From Octopus bimaculoides (lineage: Eukaryota): a DNA stretch of 45,704 nt. How positions within the stretch are numbered: the first letter of the stretch is position 1; each line of letters starts with the position of its first letter. Location of the stretch: positions 23,127,740 through 23,173,443 of the forward strand of contig NC_068991.1 of assembly GCF_001194135.2 (NCBI RefSeq). Reading direction: 5' to 3'. A program made the position numbers and the translations under genes. Below the pieces are notes generated by a model that worked only from the letters and a program-made list of their open reading frames with translations, was not told the origin of the DNA and made no database searches. Below are positions 36,901 to 45,704 of this stretch, piece by piece.

Positions 36901-37799
36901 ATACAGACATGAAGATACAATCACACTATTTCTAAACCACCTTATAACCAAACAGAGGAGTCAACAACAGAAGACTATGCTGCCACTTGACCTGAAATTG
37001 AAATAGTAGCCAAGTCTCCCTTAAATCAAACCATATTCAAAAATAAAGACAGATTGCAATATGCACCTGAATATACAAAAGACAGGATGGTCACAGCTGA
37101 ACTGTCTTACATTATAGGTCTGCTTGATTAGGGTTGTCTTGGGAAAAAATAACAAGTAAACAAAATACCACATAATGAAAAAGGAGGTATGTACCCAGCA
37201 AAATTCATATACCCAAACACACACAACATATACTGACTCATAAGAAACAAATATTTTATTCCATATTTAGACAAATTAGACCCTTACAATTTCAGTTTAT
37301 ACACAACATATATTACTGACAAAATAAAGCCAGGTAACCTGACTGAACACTGCAACCAGGCCCTTGGATTCCTTGAGTGAAATTCACTCTGCTATAAGCA
37401 TGTAGGTAAATGAACATCACCTCATTGTGAGAGACTGGGTTGAAGATCATATAGACATGGTTTCAACTCCCAGCCCCAGAGATGCATTGTATAGCTGAAA
37501 ATGAGCACTTGCAACAGGTGGCAATGTTGAGAGGGTCAATTGTGTGACAGACTGGTGTACCATTCAGAGGAAAGTATTATACTCTTGGTCACTTATATGC
37601 CCTAACCTAATAAACTCCAGGCACAAGGCAGACCAAAATAGCTAACAAACATTTAGGCCAAGTAATAAGTTGTGCTGGAGAAGACTCATCTAAACCATGA
37701 AAGCATGGGAAAATGGATGTAAAATGATGAGGAGAAATAATTGCCTTCACCTTTTTATTTTAAGTCTCCTCATTTATTGTTTGAAAGATTATTATTATC

Positions 37800-37861
<62 letters not shown>

Positions 37862-40800
37862 CATCATCATCATCATCATTTTATAAAGATTGACGTAATT
37901 CTTCATGAAGGTAAATGGACAATAAGAAGAGCATGATGTGATTTTTAAATGACCATTTATTTAACAGTTTGAGCGATATTTCAACAGATCATTTGTCTTC
38001 TTCAGATTCGAAATCTAACATGAAAACAACTGCAGAAACACAGAAATTCAAAATATAAACAAGGATATTTTGATAGAATGATCAGTTTTCAATTTTCTAA
38101 TTGGCAAAAGGAAAAGAAATAAGGAAAAAAAAAATTAAGAAAAGGAAAAATATTTAGTCAAACAGTTTTGTGTAAATTCACCAATCATTTTATTCATTCC
38201 TACAAGGCATTATATTAGTAATTCACAAATACATTTGTCCTCATGCACTTTGAGGACTGAAAGTGTAGAATTCAGAATATTTTCTGAGAATGTGCACTTC
38301 CAGGTGTTTCTCAAAATTGCAGCCATTTGATGTAAAGTGTTTGGCAAGTTCTGTGGAACTACTGTTATTGTACCTGACATCATACCTGTGCCAATCAAAT
38401 CTTTTGTTTAATTATACAACCAATATAAACCAAGTTGCATTTGGTGCATTCTGCTGCATACACCAAATGAGAATCTTTATATGTTCCACCTTCCATATAA
38501 ATCATAACATTTCTGTTATGATACATGATGGAATTGACTTGACTCATGTTGTTGCACAATGAACAGGGCTTACCTCTCTTGCAGCTGTTTTTCTAAGTGC
38601 AGCATTCAGAAACTCCAATGATAGTTTTCTTGAAGTTAAAGGTAGTGGTTAATATTTCTGTTATATTTTTATTGCGTCTAAAGGCTACAATAGGCAGCTG
38701 AAGGAACATTTGTTTGAAATGAGGATATTTTCTGCAATATACTGGTAACTTTCATGTAACACTTTTGAAATGCAAGTGAAATTTCAGTGCCAGTTAAATA
38801 CTAAAGGAATTCTATAACAAATTTTAATTTGGTTGCTAAAATTATGTGTGGAAGTTTAACTTTCCTTGCTAATTTTAGCTATGTCATTTTCCTTTTACCA
38901 GTTATATAATTGAAAACTGATGATGCCATTCTATCAAAATGTGAATGCAAGATTTCCTCATTAATATTTTGAATTTCTGTTTCTGCGGTTGTTTTCATTT
39001 TACATTTTGAATCTGAAAAAGACAGATGATCTGTTGAAATATCATCCAAACTGTTATGTAAACAATCTATTACAAATCGCATCATGCTCTTCTTATTGTC
39101 TATTATTACTATTATTTTTATTTAAAACAGTTTGATTTGGCCCATGCTGATGAACTAGGCTTCTGTAAGAAACCTATGAAACTTTAAACTGCATGGGGCC
39201 AAGTCAAACTGTTTTAAATAATAATATACGAGGGGTTTTCATTAAAGATTTCCTCTAACCCACTTCCAGTTATTGCAGGAAACAGAACTTATACAGGTAT
39301 AATTATACATGTTTCTACATGTCACATTATAAATTGGCAGCTTTCCATTAGTATTTGTTTGTCTTTTATGGCTGCTAAAGTGGACTAAAATGTTATAATG
39401 GAGGCAGTCGAACGCAGATCAGTGATCAGGTTCTTATACTTGAAAGGTCATACACCAAAACAGACTTTCAATGAGATGAAAGAAGTTTATGGTGATGATG
39501 CACCATCATATGACTGGATCCCGTGCTGGTGGCACGTAAAAAGCACCATTCGAGCATGGTCAATGCCAGTACCACCTGATTGGCTCCCGTGCCAGTGACA
39601 CATAAAAAACACCCACTACACTCTCGGAGTGGTTGGCGTTAGAAAGGGCATCCAGCTGCAGAAACCTTGCCAGATCAAATTGGAGCCTGGTGCAGCCTCC
39701 TGACTAGCCAGTTCTCAGTCAAACCATCCAACCCATGCCAGCATAGAAAGTGGATGTTAAACGATGAAGGAATAAGAAATTATGTCATAGTTTACAGCTT
39801 TTTCTGCTACAAGAAGCAATGCACCCATAGATGAATGCTTGTGTATCATCCTATAGCTTCATCGAAGCTTCAGACATGAAGTACAATGGGGTTATTCAAC
39901 AAGAACAATTTGAAACATTATAAGTTTTAAAAACAACTAAACTTACCAACAGAAGGGGCCACTCATTTGCAGATAAATATCCATGCTTTCCCAACATTCG
40001 AATTGTAACTAGAAATGAAATATACATAGGTCATTATACAGTTGGCTCTGATAAAAACAAAACTTCACAATGGAAATAATCCTAGAAATTCTCTTTGACT
40101 TTCTGAGTTTAACAGCAACAACATTACAGTTTTATGAGAGAAAACTAAATATAAATTACATTAAGAAAAAGATACATAAAAATTTTTTTTAAATAATGAA
40201 AGCCAAATATTCAACAGATGATGTGATGGTGTTAATAATAAGGCCTGAAATTTTGACAGAAGGGCTAGTCAATTACATCAACCTCCATACTCAACCGGTA
40301 TTTATTTTATTAACCCTGAAAGGGTGAAAGGCCAAGTTGACCTTGGAATTTGAACTCAAAACATGAAGAATTAGATGAAATGCTGTTAAGCATTTAGCCC
40401 AATGCGCTAACAATTCTGCCAGCTCACTGCCCTTATGATAATAATAAAAGTAATAATAAAGGTTTCAAATTTTGGCATACAGCCAGCAAATTTAAGAGGA
40501 GTGGTTTAGTTGATTACATCAATCTCAGTATTTGGCTGGTACTTATTTTATCAATCCTCAAAAAGAATGAAAGGCTAAGTCAACCTTAGTGGCATTTGAA
40601 CTCAGTACATGAAAAGAGGGAAGAAATACTGCTATTTTGTCTCCTACATTAATGATCTGCCAACTTGCAGTCTTCATGATAATAAAAATAGTAACTAGTC
40701 TAACTGTTGGGTTACTGGGGAAGTCTGAATTTCCCAGCAATGGAGTTTTGTTTTGTGGGGTTTTTTTTTTTTTTTCTTTTTATATTGCATGCTTTCAATG

Positions 40801-43800
40801 AATGTGACATCGAAATCATGCATAAACGCTGCCTTTCCCCAGAAAAGGAAAGATTTGGCTGCTATTTCTTGCACACCCTGCTACCACATAACAGGTATTT
40901 CAGGTCCATTATCACAAATAGCTCTTACGTGGTAGCAGAGCGTGCTAGAAATAGCAGCCAAATCTTTGGAGGTGGGATACGTTGAATGCCCTCAAAAGAA
41001 ACCTATGGAAAAAAACTATTTCAGACTGAGGTTACAGACGTGTCTTTTTATGAAATATTTACCATATTTTTAAAGTCATTTTCACTTTAAAATATTTTCC
41101 CCATCATAATGTGTCTAATGGAAAGGTTACAGTTTCTTGCCTTTCAGGGTTAAGTTATTTTCAGAGTATTTTCCCATTATGCACCGTTTGGGGTATTTAT
41201 ACTCCAAAACACCAAATATCTCAATAACTACTGGTCTGATTTACATGAAACTTGTTTTATTCCATTCAGAGTATTTTATTCAAAGTATTTTACCATTATG
41301 TGCCAGTTTGGCTGTGTAACATTGCAAGCAAGCAAGACTGAACTTCACTTTTAATGTATCATAGATAATAATAATATCTCTTGAAGCAATTAATATAGTG
41401 GTTAGAGATCTTGAAGAAAGGAATTCATGTAGCTTTACCAAGAACGTTTTTGTATTCTTACTGTCAATACAGAGACTGTGAAAAGCTGAATCAATAGGAA
41501 GACCAATAGTTCATATACTGATATAAACATAATAATCTACCTGTGGCCTAAACACCAAAGTCTCAATTAGTTCAGTGCTCCAAGCTGTAAATAAGCATCA
41601 CAGAGCAGGAAAACTCACTACTATATTTTCAAAATGTTAACATTAACAATATTAAAACTTTAGAAATAATTAAAAAGTGAGAAAGACAAAGAAACATATC
41701 CAACACATACTATCAGCGGTGAAATGCTTATCGGAAGTGATTTCTAAGAAAAAGGCGTATGGTCCGTCATGCCATGTTGATGCCACAAAGGAATGTTTCT
41801 CGTGCTGAAATATAAGTAAAAATATAAAATTATATCACCAGCTTTGTAACAATGCTTATTATTTTGTGAAATTATTGACACATACAGCATTCCTTGGAAG
41901 TACTGCACAACCACAAAGCAGGTTTATACAGCCCTAATAGCAGTGAGTACCAGGATTGGTTTTAAGAGAAAATGCTGGCTTATCACAATTTATTGTCATA
42001 TGAATTGAATCAATATTTTAACTGTTCAAAATTGTTAGTTATGACTCATGAATAAAAGGAAAATTTTAATTAAATTTACATGCTTTTATTTTCACCAGCT
42101 GTCTGGCTTCCATGCCGGGGGCACATAAATAGCACCATTTGAGCGTGATCGTTACCAACGTCGCCTTCCTGGCACTTGTGCCAGTGGCACGTGAAAAGAC
42201 ATCCGAGCGAGTTCGTTGCCAGTACGGCTGGACTGGCTCCTGTGCAGGTGGCACGTAAACGTAAAATACACCATTTTGAGCATGGCCGTTGCCAGTACCG
42301 CCTGACTGGCCTTCGTGCTGGTGGCACGTAAAAGCACCCATTACACTCTCGGAGTGGTTGACATTAGGAAGGGCATCCAGCTGTAGAAACTCTGCCAGAT
42401 CAGATTGGAGCCTGGTGTAGCCATCTGGTTCACCAGTCCTCAGTCAAATCGTCCAACCCATGCTAGCATGGAAAACGGACGTTAAACGATGATGATGATG
42501 AAATTTATTCCTATTTCTTGTAAATGACATGTTTATCCTCATCCATTTGTAAATTTCTAAATTCATCATGAGCCAATGTCTTTTAGGAGGGTATTAGGGA
42601 ATGTTTGATGCTCATGCTGTTGCCAATGAACCTTAGCTGTGTAGCTTGGACAGACCCAAGAACCAACCAGGTCATAGACATGCATTTCTGGCAGTGAACA
42701 TGTGTTTAATAAAAAAGAGGAAAACGAACAAAACATACTAACCTTATCATACCTTACAAATCATAAACTCACAACTTATCTATGAGATAAATATGAAAGT
42801 TTGTCTATTTGTTTTGAAACAACTTTGTTATTTCTTAACAAACTTTTACCAAATTTGGCATGGAAATCTGAAAGAATCCCAGAATAATCCATGAAGAACT
42901 AAAATAATACAAACCCAGTTATGCAGTTTCTTTGGTGTCTTTTTTGTTTTGCTCACAGTTTTTGAAATTTTAAAATTTTAAAACTAAGTGAAAATTTTCA
43001 AATTTGGTATATTGATGTAATTTTTCACACTGAATCTGATTTTCACTTGTTTCAGGAAAAATTTAGAAAAATGTTACAAAGAGCTTAAAGTTTATTTTTA
43101 CCCAATCAGAAAACAATGCTTGGAAACAGGCATTTTGTGTGTAATAGTGTCTATGACAACATGATGATGACAAAACATTATGACTACCGTCTTTCAAGTC
43201 TTAACTCGATACTGTGGTTCACAGATCATCAGATGCTTATAATATTGCAGCATTATTATTTCAAAACTATTTCAAGCAATCTCAAATATTTTGTAAAAGT
43301 AGAATCAAGAATTCCATTGGAATTTAGAACATCAAAACAAATATAATTCCAATTGAGGTCTTTACAAATAGAGAAAGCTAGTCTTAAGAAAGAACATCTT
43401 TTGCTGAAGGGCAAAAGACAGAGGAGTTGTATAACTTTCAATTTGTTGCAAATGGATAGTATATGAATAGGTGAATAAAGAAAAAAAAAAAAAATTTATT
43501 TGGGTTAAATTTCACAAAAAACGAAAAAAACAACAACAAAAACTTACATATTCAGAAAAGAGACAACACTTGATACCATAGTGGTCAAACTCTAAACGTG
43601 TTTGACCCAACATACACATAAATATTAAGATATTTTCTTGTAACACGTAAGCGTGATACAGTCAAAATAAACTTCTGAAAAATCTAAGCTGCACCAAAAT
43701 TTTCATTGGATCAAGTTCACTACTTGCACTACTACTACTACTACTCTGGAAAATGATCTAACCATCATAACTTCATGGTTTTTTTTATATCATATGAACT

Positions 43801-44593
43801 TCAGTGAAGTCAGTAACCTGGAGAGTAATGAACTTGATCAGATTGACTTCCTCTGATAAACTATATAAAGATATTGCACTCACTGGTACAATACATTACT
43901 GATCTTTACTATTACTAACAACCACATCTCTTAACTGACTAGTATCACATCAGTAATAACTGATCAATAATTTCCCTTAACCCTTTAGTAATCAGACTAA
44001 TTTGTGAAGTGTAATGCTTGTTTATTTACATTGTTTCGAATTTATCATGCATTATCGCACAGATTTGAGATTTCAATGATGTGATTGTTTATTTTTAGAA
44101 TGATATTGTAGGGTAGATGTAAGAGGCCAGACCTGGCCAGTTTCAACATAAAACAAACAGAATATTTGGGCAGGATATGGCCAGTTTGAACACTAAAGGT
44201 TTAACACAACTACTCAATAATCACTTCATTTCACACATTGATAAGCACTAATATCTGATACCCACTTTATTAAAAAATAAGTCAAACCCACACCAGCATG
44301 GAACATGGGCATTAAATGATGATGACAAACAGTAATAACTTGAGCCAACAAGGGATCTTCTAGAAACAGCAGCCAAATCTTCCTCAAATCACACCCTACC
44401 ATTGAAAAATAAAGCTGGAACACTTTTGATCCTAAGTCTTTTTGAGCCAGGCTAACATGGGGCTAAATTACAACAGTAATGTTTGTTTGATACTCACCTC
44501 TCTCATTGCAACAGTAGCAGCTGTGCTGTTTGCTGCAGGACTTTTCACTGATCGTTTCTGTCGTCTGGGTTTCAATATATCTTTCGTTACATT
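19540..44593 (-). CDS. TMEM87A: Transmembrane protein 87A/B family (LUSTR/GOST seven-TM), 5'-partial; 15 exons and 416 aa in window
   Basis: Exons join in frame (1251 nt including TAA). They encode family motifs [80 protein letters not shown] and the C-terminal SKME*. Invertebrates probably have a single TMEM87, so A versus B cannot be assigned. Confidence 0.95.
19650..20515 (-). mobile_element. RTE-clade LINE, 3' fragment with 3'UTR and (ACT)n tail
   Basis: Minus-strand remnants [38 protein letters not shown] and [13 protein letters not shown]; the ORF ends near 19965. Confidence 0.9.
20520..21440 (-). mobile_element. Head-to-tail array of four tRNA-SINE copies (about 220-240 bp each)
   Basis: The core CTGGTACTTATTTxATCGACCCCxAAAGGATGAAAGGxAAAGTxGACC and TTTGAACTCAGAA (rc B-box) recur four times, separated by (AAT/GAT)n. 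Confidence 0.85.
21590..21778 (+). mobile_element. RTE-type 3' tail fragment
   Basis: GGCATTAGAAAGGGCATCCAGC...CAGCATGGAAGACAAATGTTAAATGAT, the same 3'UTR family as 19650-19960. Confidence 0.7.
22340..22605 (+). mobile_element. RTE-like LINE RT C-terminal remnant
   Basis: Translates [38 protein letters not shown] ... WNWIGHVLR with frameshifts. Confidence 0.8.
22773..22825 (-). CDS. TMEM87A: TMEM87 exon ([17 protein letters not shown])
   Basis: CAG acceptor, GTAAGT donor. Confidence 0.95.
24460..24858. mobile_element. Non-autonomous DNA element with short subterminal inverted repeats (Helentron/HINE-like)
   Basis: ACCTCTACAAAG near the left end and CCTTGGTGGAGGT at the right end; the family assignment is recollection only. 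Confidence 0.4.
24876..24949 (-). CDS. TMEM87A: TMEM87 exon (DGMKMRGAK...KNKA)
   Basis: CAG acceptor, GTAAGT donor; GMKMR motif. Confidence 0.93.
25193..25263 (-). CDS. TMEM87A: TMEM87 exon ([24 protein letters not shown])
   Basis: TAG acceptor, GTCAGT donor; acidic cluster. Confidence 0.93.
25666..25769 (-). CDS. TMEM87A: TMEM87 exon ([12 protein letters not shown]...WRPSANNQ)
   Basis: AAG acceptor, GTTTGT donor; strong family motif. Confidence 0.95.
25956..26337 (+). mobile_element. Full-length young tRNA-derived SINE with 13-bp TSD
   Basis: A-box TGGCCCAGTGG, B-box GTTTCGATTCC, CpGs retained; TSD ATAACATTGTAGT at 25943-25955 and 26338-26350. Confidence 0.9.
27330..27388 (-). CDS. TMEM87A: TMEM87 exon ([20 protein letters not shown])
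   Basis: CAG acceptor, GTAAGT donor; phases fit both neighbours. Confidence 0.9.
29088..29294. mobile_element. piggyBac-like MITE (TTAA ends)
   Basis: TTAA-CCCTTTTGATACC ... GGTAACAAGAGGG-TTAA; homologous to 15418-15648. Confidence 0.75.
29320..29428 (-). CDS. TMEM87A: TMEM87 exon ([36 protein letters not shown]), after the AC acceptor
   Basis: Preceded by CAACAC|; donor GTAAGT; strong family motif. Confidence 0.95.
29429..30709 (-). other. U12-type (minor spliceosome) AT-AC intron, 1281 nt
   Basis: 5'SS |ATATCCTTTA; branch-site-like TTTCTTAAT ending 8 nt before the terminal AC|. The join gives CWW|IFSGL, collinear with vertebrate CWWIFISL. Confidence 0.9.
29977..30363 (+). mobile_element. 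Fold-back tRNA-SINE with a hammerhead-like tail
   Basis: A-box 30077-30087, B-box 30122-30131, (AAT)n; the tail at 30253-30319 has an inverted copy at 29977-30046; 36-nt palindrome at 30051-30086. Confidence 0.8.
30710..30787 (-). CDS. TMEM87A: TMEM87 exon ([26 protein letters not shown]), ending at a U12 donor
   Basis: CAG acceptor; followed by ATATCCTTT (U12 5' splice site). Confidence 0.9.
30860..30920. repeat. (TATC)n(CA)n microsatellite
   Basis: Directly visible. Confidence 0.95.
31860..32925 (+). mobile_element. R4/Dong-clade non-LTR retrotransposon 3' fragment (CCHC knuckle plus restriction-like endonuclease)
   Basis: Translates [39 protein letters not shown] and [23 protein letters not shown], with stops; flanked by (TTA)n and (CTA)n. 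Confidence 0.85.
33143..33236 (-). CDS. TMEM87A: TMEM87 exon ([12 protein letters not shown]...RALK)
   Basis: TAG acceptor, GTAAGT donor. Confidence 0.95.
34431..34530 (-). CDS. TMEM87A: TMEM87 exon ([33 protein letters not shown])
   Basis: TAG acceptor, GTAAGT donor. Confidence 0.95.
35577..35639 (-). CDS. TMEM87A: TMEM87 exon ([21 protein letters not shown])
   Basis: CAG acceptor, GTGAGT donor. Confidence 0.95.
36719..36839 (-). CDS. TMEM87A: TMEM87 exon (FFGIMGLLY...[17 protein letters not shown])
   Basis: CAG acceptor, GTAAAT donor; strong family motif. Confidence 0.96.
37790..37880. repeat. (TAT)n(CAT)n microsatellite
   Basis: Directly visible; abuts the PLE inverted repeat. Confidence 0.95.
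37915..39217 (-). mobile_element. 5'-truncated Penelope-like element: GIY-YIG remnant flanked by about 200-bp inverted repeats
   Basis: Minus strand about 38590-38400 reads [14 protein letters not shown]...[18 protein letters not shown]; 37915-38115 is the reverse complement of 38887-39103. Confidence 0.85.
39122..39217 (+). ncRNA. Type I hammerhead ribozyme-like motif (probably inactivated)
   Basis: About 25-bp stem I, CTGATGA (39147-39153), 9-bp stem II, GAAAC (39178-39182) and a palindromic TTTAAA loop; the cleavage triplet reads CTG instead of GTH. Confidence 0.6.
39227..39513 (+). mobile_element. Mariner 5' fragment (TIR plus HTH start)
   Basis: TA-CGAGGGG TIR; [38 protein letters not shown]; truncated by an RTE tail. 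Confidence 0.85.
39514..39768 (+). mobile_element. RTE-type 3' tail with internal minisatellite unit
   Basis: GGCACGTAAAAAGCACC...GGGCATCCAGCTG...GTTAAACGATGA. Confidence 0.75.
39947..40008 (-). CDS. TMEM87A: TMEM87 exon ([21 protein letters not shown])
   Basis: TAG acceptor, GTAAGT donor; GYLS..WPL motif. Confidence 0.92.
40240..40675 (-). mobile_element. Two tandem tRNA-SINE copies (same family as 20520-21440)
   Basis: The GGTAxTTATTTTATxAxCCxxAAAGxxTGAAAGGCxAAGT core occurs twice. Confidence 0.8.
41711..41804 (-). CDS. TMEM87A: TMEM87 exon ([22 protein letters not shown]...)
   Basis: CAG acceptor, GTATGT donor; TWxDxPY motif. Confidence 0.88.
42095..42501 (+). mobile_element. Young RTE-type 3' tail with three-plus internal 65-73 bp units and a (GAT)n tail
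   Basis: CpG-rich; units start GGCACRT; ends GGACGTTAAACGATGATGATGATGA. Confidence 0.8.
43977..44204. mobile_element. Second piggyBac-like MITE family (TTAA ends)
   Basis: TTAA-CCCTTTAG ... CTAAAGGT-TTAA. Confidence 0.65.
44360..44470. repeat. Dispersed short repeat family (AAATAGCAGCCAAATCTxCCTCAAATCACAC); further copies near 23220, 26900, 31090, 35380, 37000 and 40950
   Basis: The same motif recurs at least six times in TMEM87 introns; class not determined. Confidence 0.65.
44498..44593 (-). CDS. TMEM87A: TMEM87 exon ([32 protein letters not shown])
   Basis: TAG acceptor, GTGAGT donor, phase 0-0, open 96 nt. This is a low-conservation luminal region, so support comes from splice signals and phase only. 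Confidence 0.7.
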
Positions 44594-45137
44594 CTAATTG
44601 AAAAAGCAATGATTATAATTTCAAGTAAACTTGTAAATTGAAAAGAAAACAGTAACATGTCAAGGATGAAATGAAAAATTGAAATAACTTTATTAACAAA
44701 TAAATGAAATATAAAGAAAAAAACTCAACGGAAACCAGAATGGCCTGATAAAAAAAAACTGATGCGTTAGGAGTCATTCTAATGAGAAACTGATAATGTT
44801 ATAAAACATAACTTTTTTCCCTTTGTTTCAATGTAAACATATGATAAACAATTTAAGGTGACAGGTGTTGCACCAGTTTTTAAAGGCAAGCTTGGTTTTC
44901 AAATTAAATTCAAAGTAATAACTCACTATGACAATGGAAGCAATGTGTTTTAGAGATGGGAGTATAACAAGTTTGAATTGAGCCACATGGTTCTGGGTTC
45001 GATTACACAATGATACACTTTGGGTAAATGTCTTCTACTATGTCTTCAATTTGACCAATACCTTATTAGTAAAATTTGGAAAACAGAAAATATGTCGGAG
45101 TCAGACACACACGCACACAATCTAGTCTCACTCTCTT

Positions 45138-45176
<39 letters not shown>

Positions 45177-45339
45177 AGTCTTACTAAATAGGAAGGCAGA
45201 CAAATCACAAATCCCTTCAGGTAGATGGCCCTTCTCAATCTGTAAAAAAGGTGTAGGTAGAAACTTTATAAGATAGACCCAGTGTAAAAGGTGCAGCAAT
45301 ATCAGAGGAAGGTTAACAGGGAAACTAGCTTTTGTATGT

Positions 45340-45470
45340 GGAAAATACATACATATATATACATACATAATACATATACATACATACATAATACATATAT
45401 ATATACATACATAATACATATATATATACATACATAATACATATATATACATACATACATAATACATATA
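45340..45470. repeat. TACATACATAATACATATA-type compound micro/minisatellite
   Basis: Directly visible. Confidence 0.9.
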
Positions 45471-45471
45471 T

Positions 45472-45704
45472 CATCATCATCATCATTTAACGTCCGCTCT
45501 CCATGCTAGCATGGGTTGGACGATTTGACTGAGGACTGGTGAAACCGGATGGCAACACCAGGCTCCAGTCTGATTTGGCAGAGTTTCTACAGCTGGATGC
45601 CCTTCCTAACGCCAACCACTCAGAGAGTGTAGTGGGTGCTTTTACGTGTCACCCGCACGAAAACGGCCACGCTCGAAATGGTGTCTTTTATGTGCCACCC
45701 GCAC
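45472..45704 (-). mobile_element. RTE-type 3' tail, runs off the window
   Basis: (ATC)nATTTAACGTCCG...CTACAGCTGGATGCCCTTCCTAACGCCAACCAC; reverse complement of the 42095-42501 family. Confidence 0.8.

Noticed and set aside
42110-42340. CRISPR-like spaced repeats (also the 20520-21440 array)
   Set aside because: Whole units are homologous with no unique spacers, the context is eukaryotic, and no cas genes are present.

Overview
AT-rich, repeat-dense eukaryotic DNA. The SINE/RTE repeat families and microsatellite load point to an octopus (cephalopod) genome; this is inferred, not proven. Two spliced genes converge tail to tail. (1) A complete 4-exon PCLAF/PAF15 (KIAA0101) gene on + (3809-12512, 95 aa, PIP box QKNITNFF), preceded by a CpG-rich promoter with E2F, ATF/CRE and ETS motifs. 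(2) The last 15 coding exons of a TMEM87A/B-family seven-TM gene on - (44593 down to 19540, 416 aa in window; the 5' end lies beyond the window). One TMEM87 intron (29429-30709) is a U12-type AT-AC intron. It carries a cluster of seven UUGCUAA motifs and a fold-back tRNA-SINE with a hammerhead-like tail. Most remaining sequence is decayed mobile DNA: two Penelope-like elements (one with an inverted terminal repeat and a hammerhead-like motif), RTE and R4/Dong LINE fragments, mariner remnants, piggyBac-like MITEs, several tRNA-derived SINE families, and microsatellites. Most ORFs in the supplied track are microsatellite or transposon artefacts. All exon calls and alignments were made by eye.
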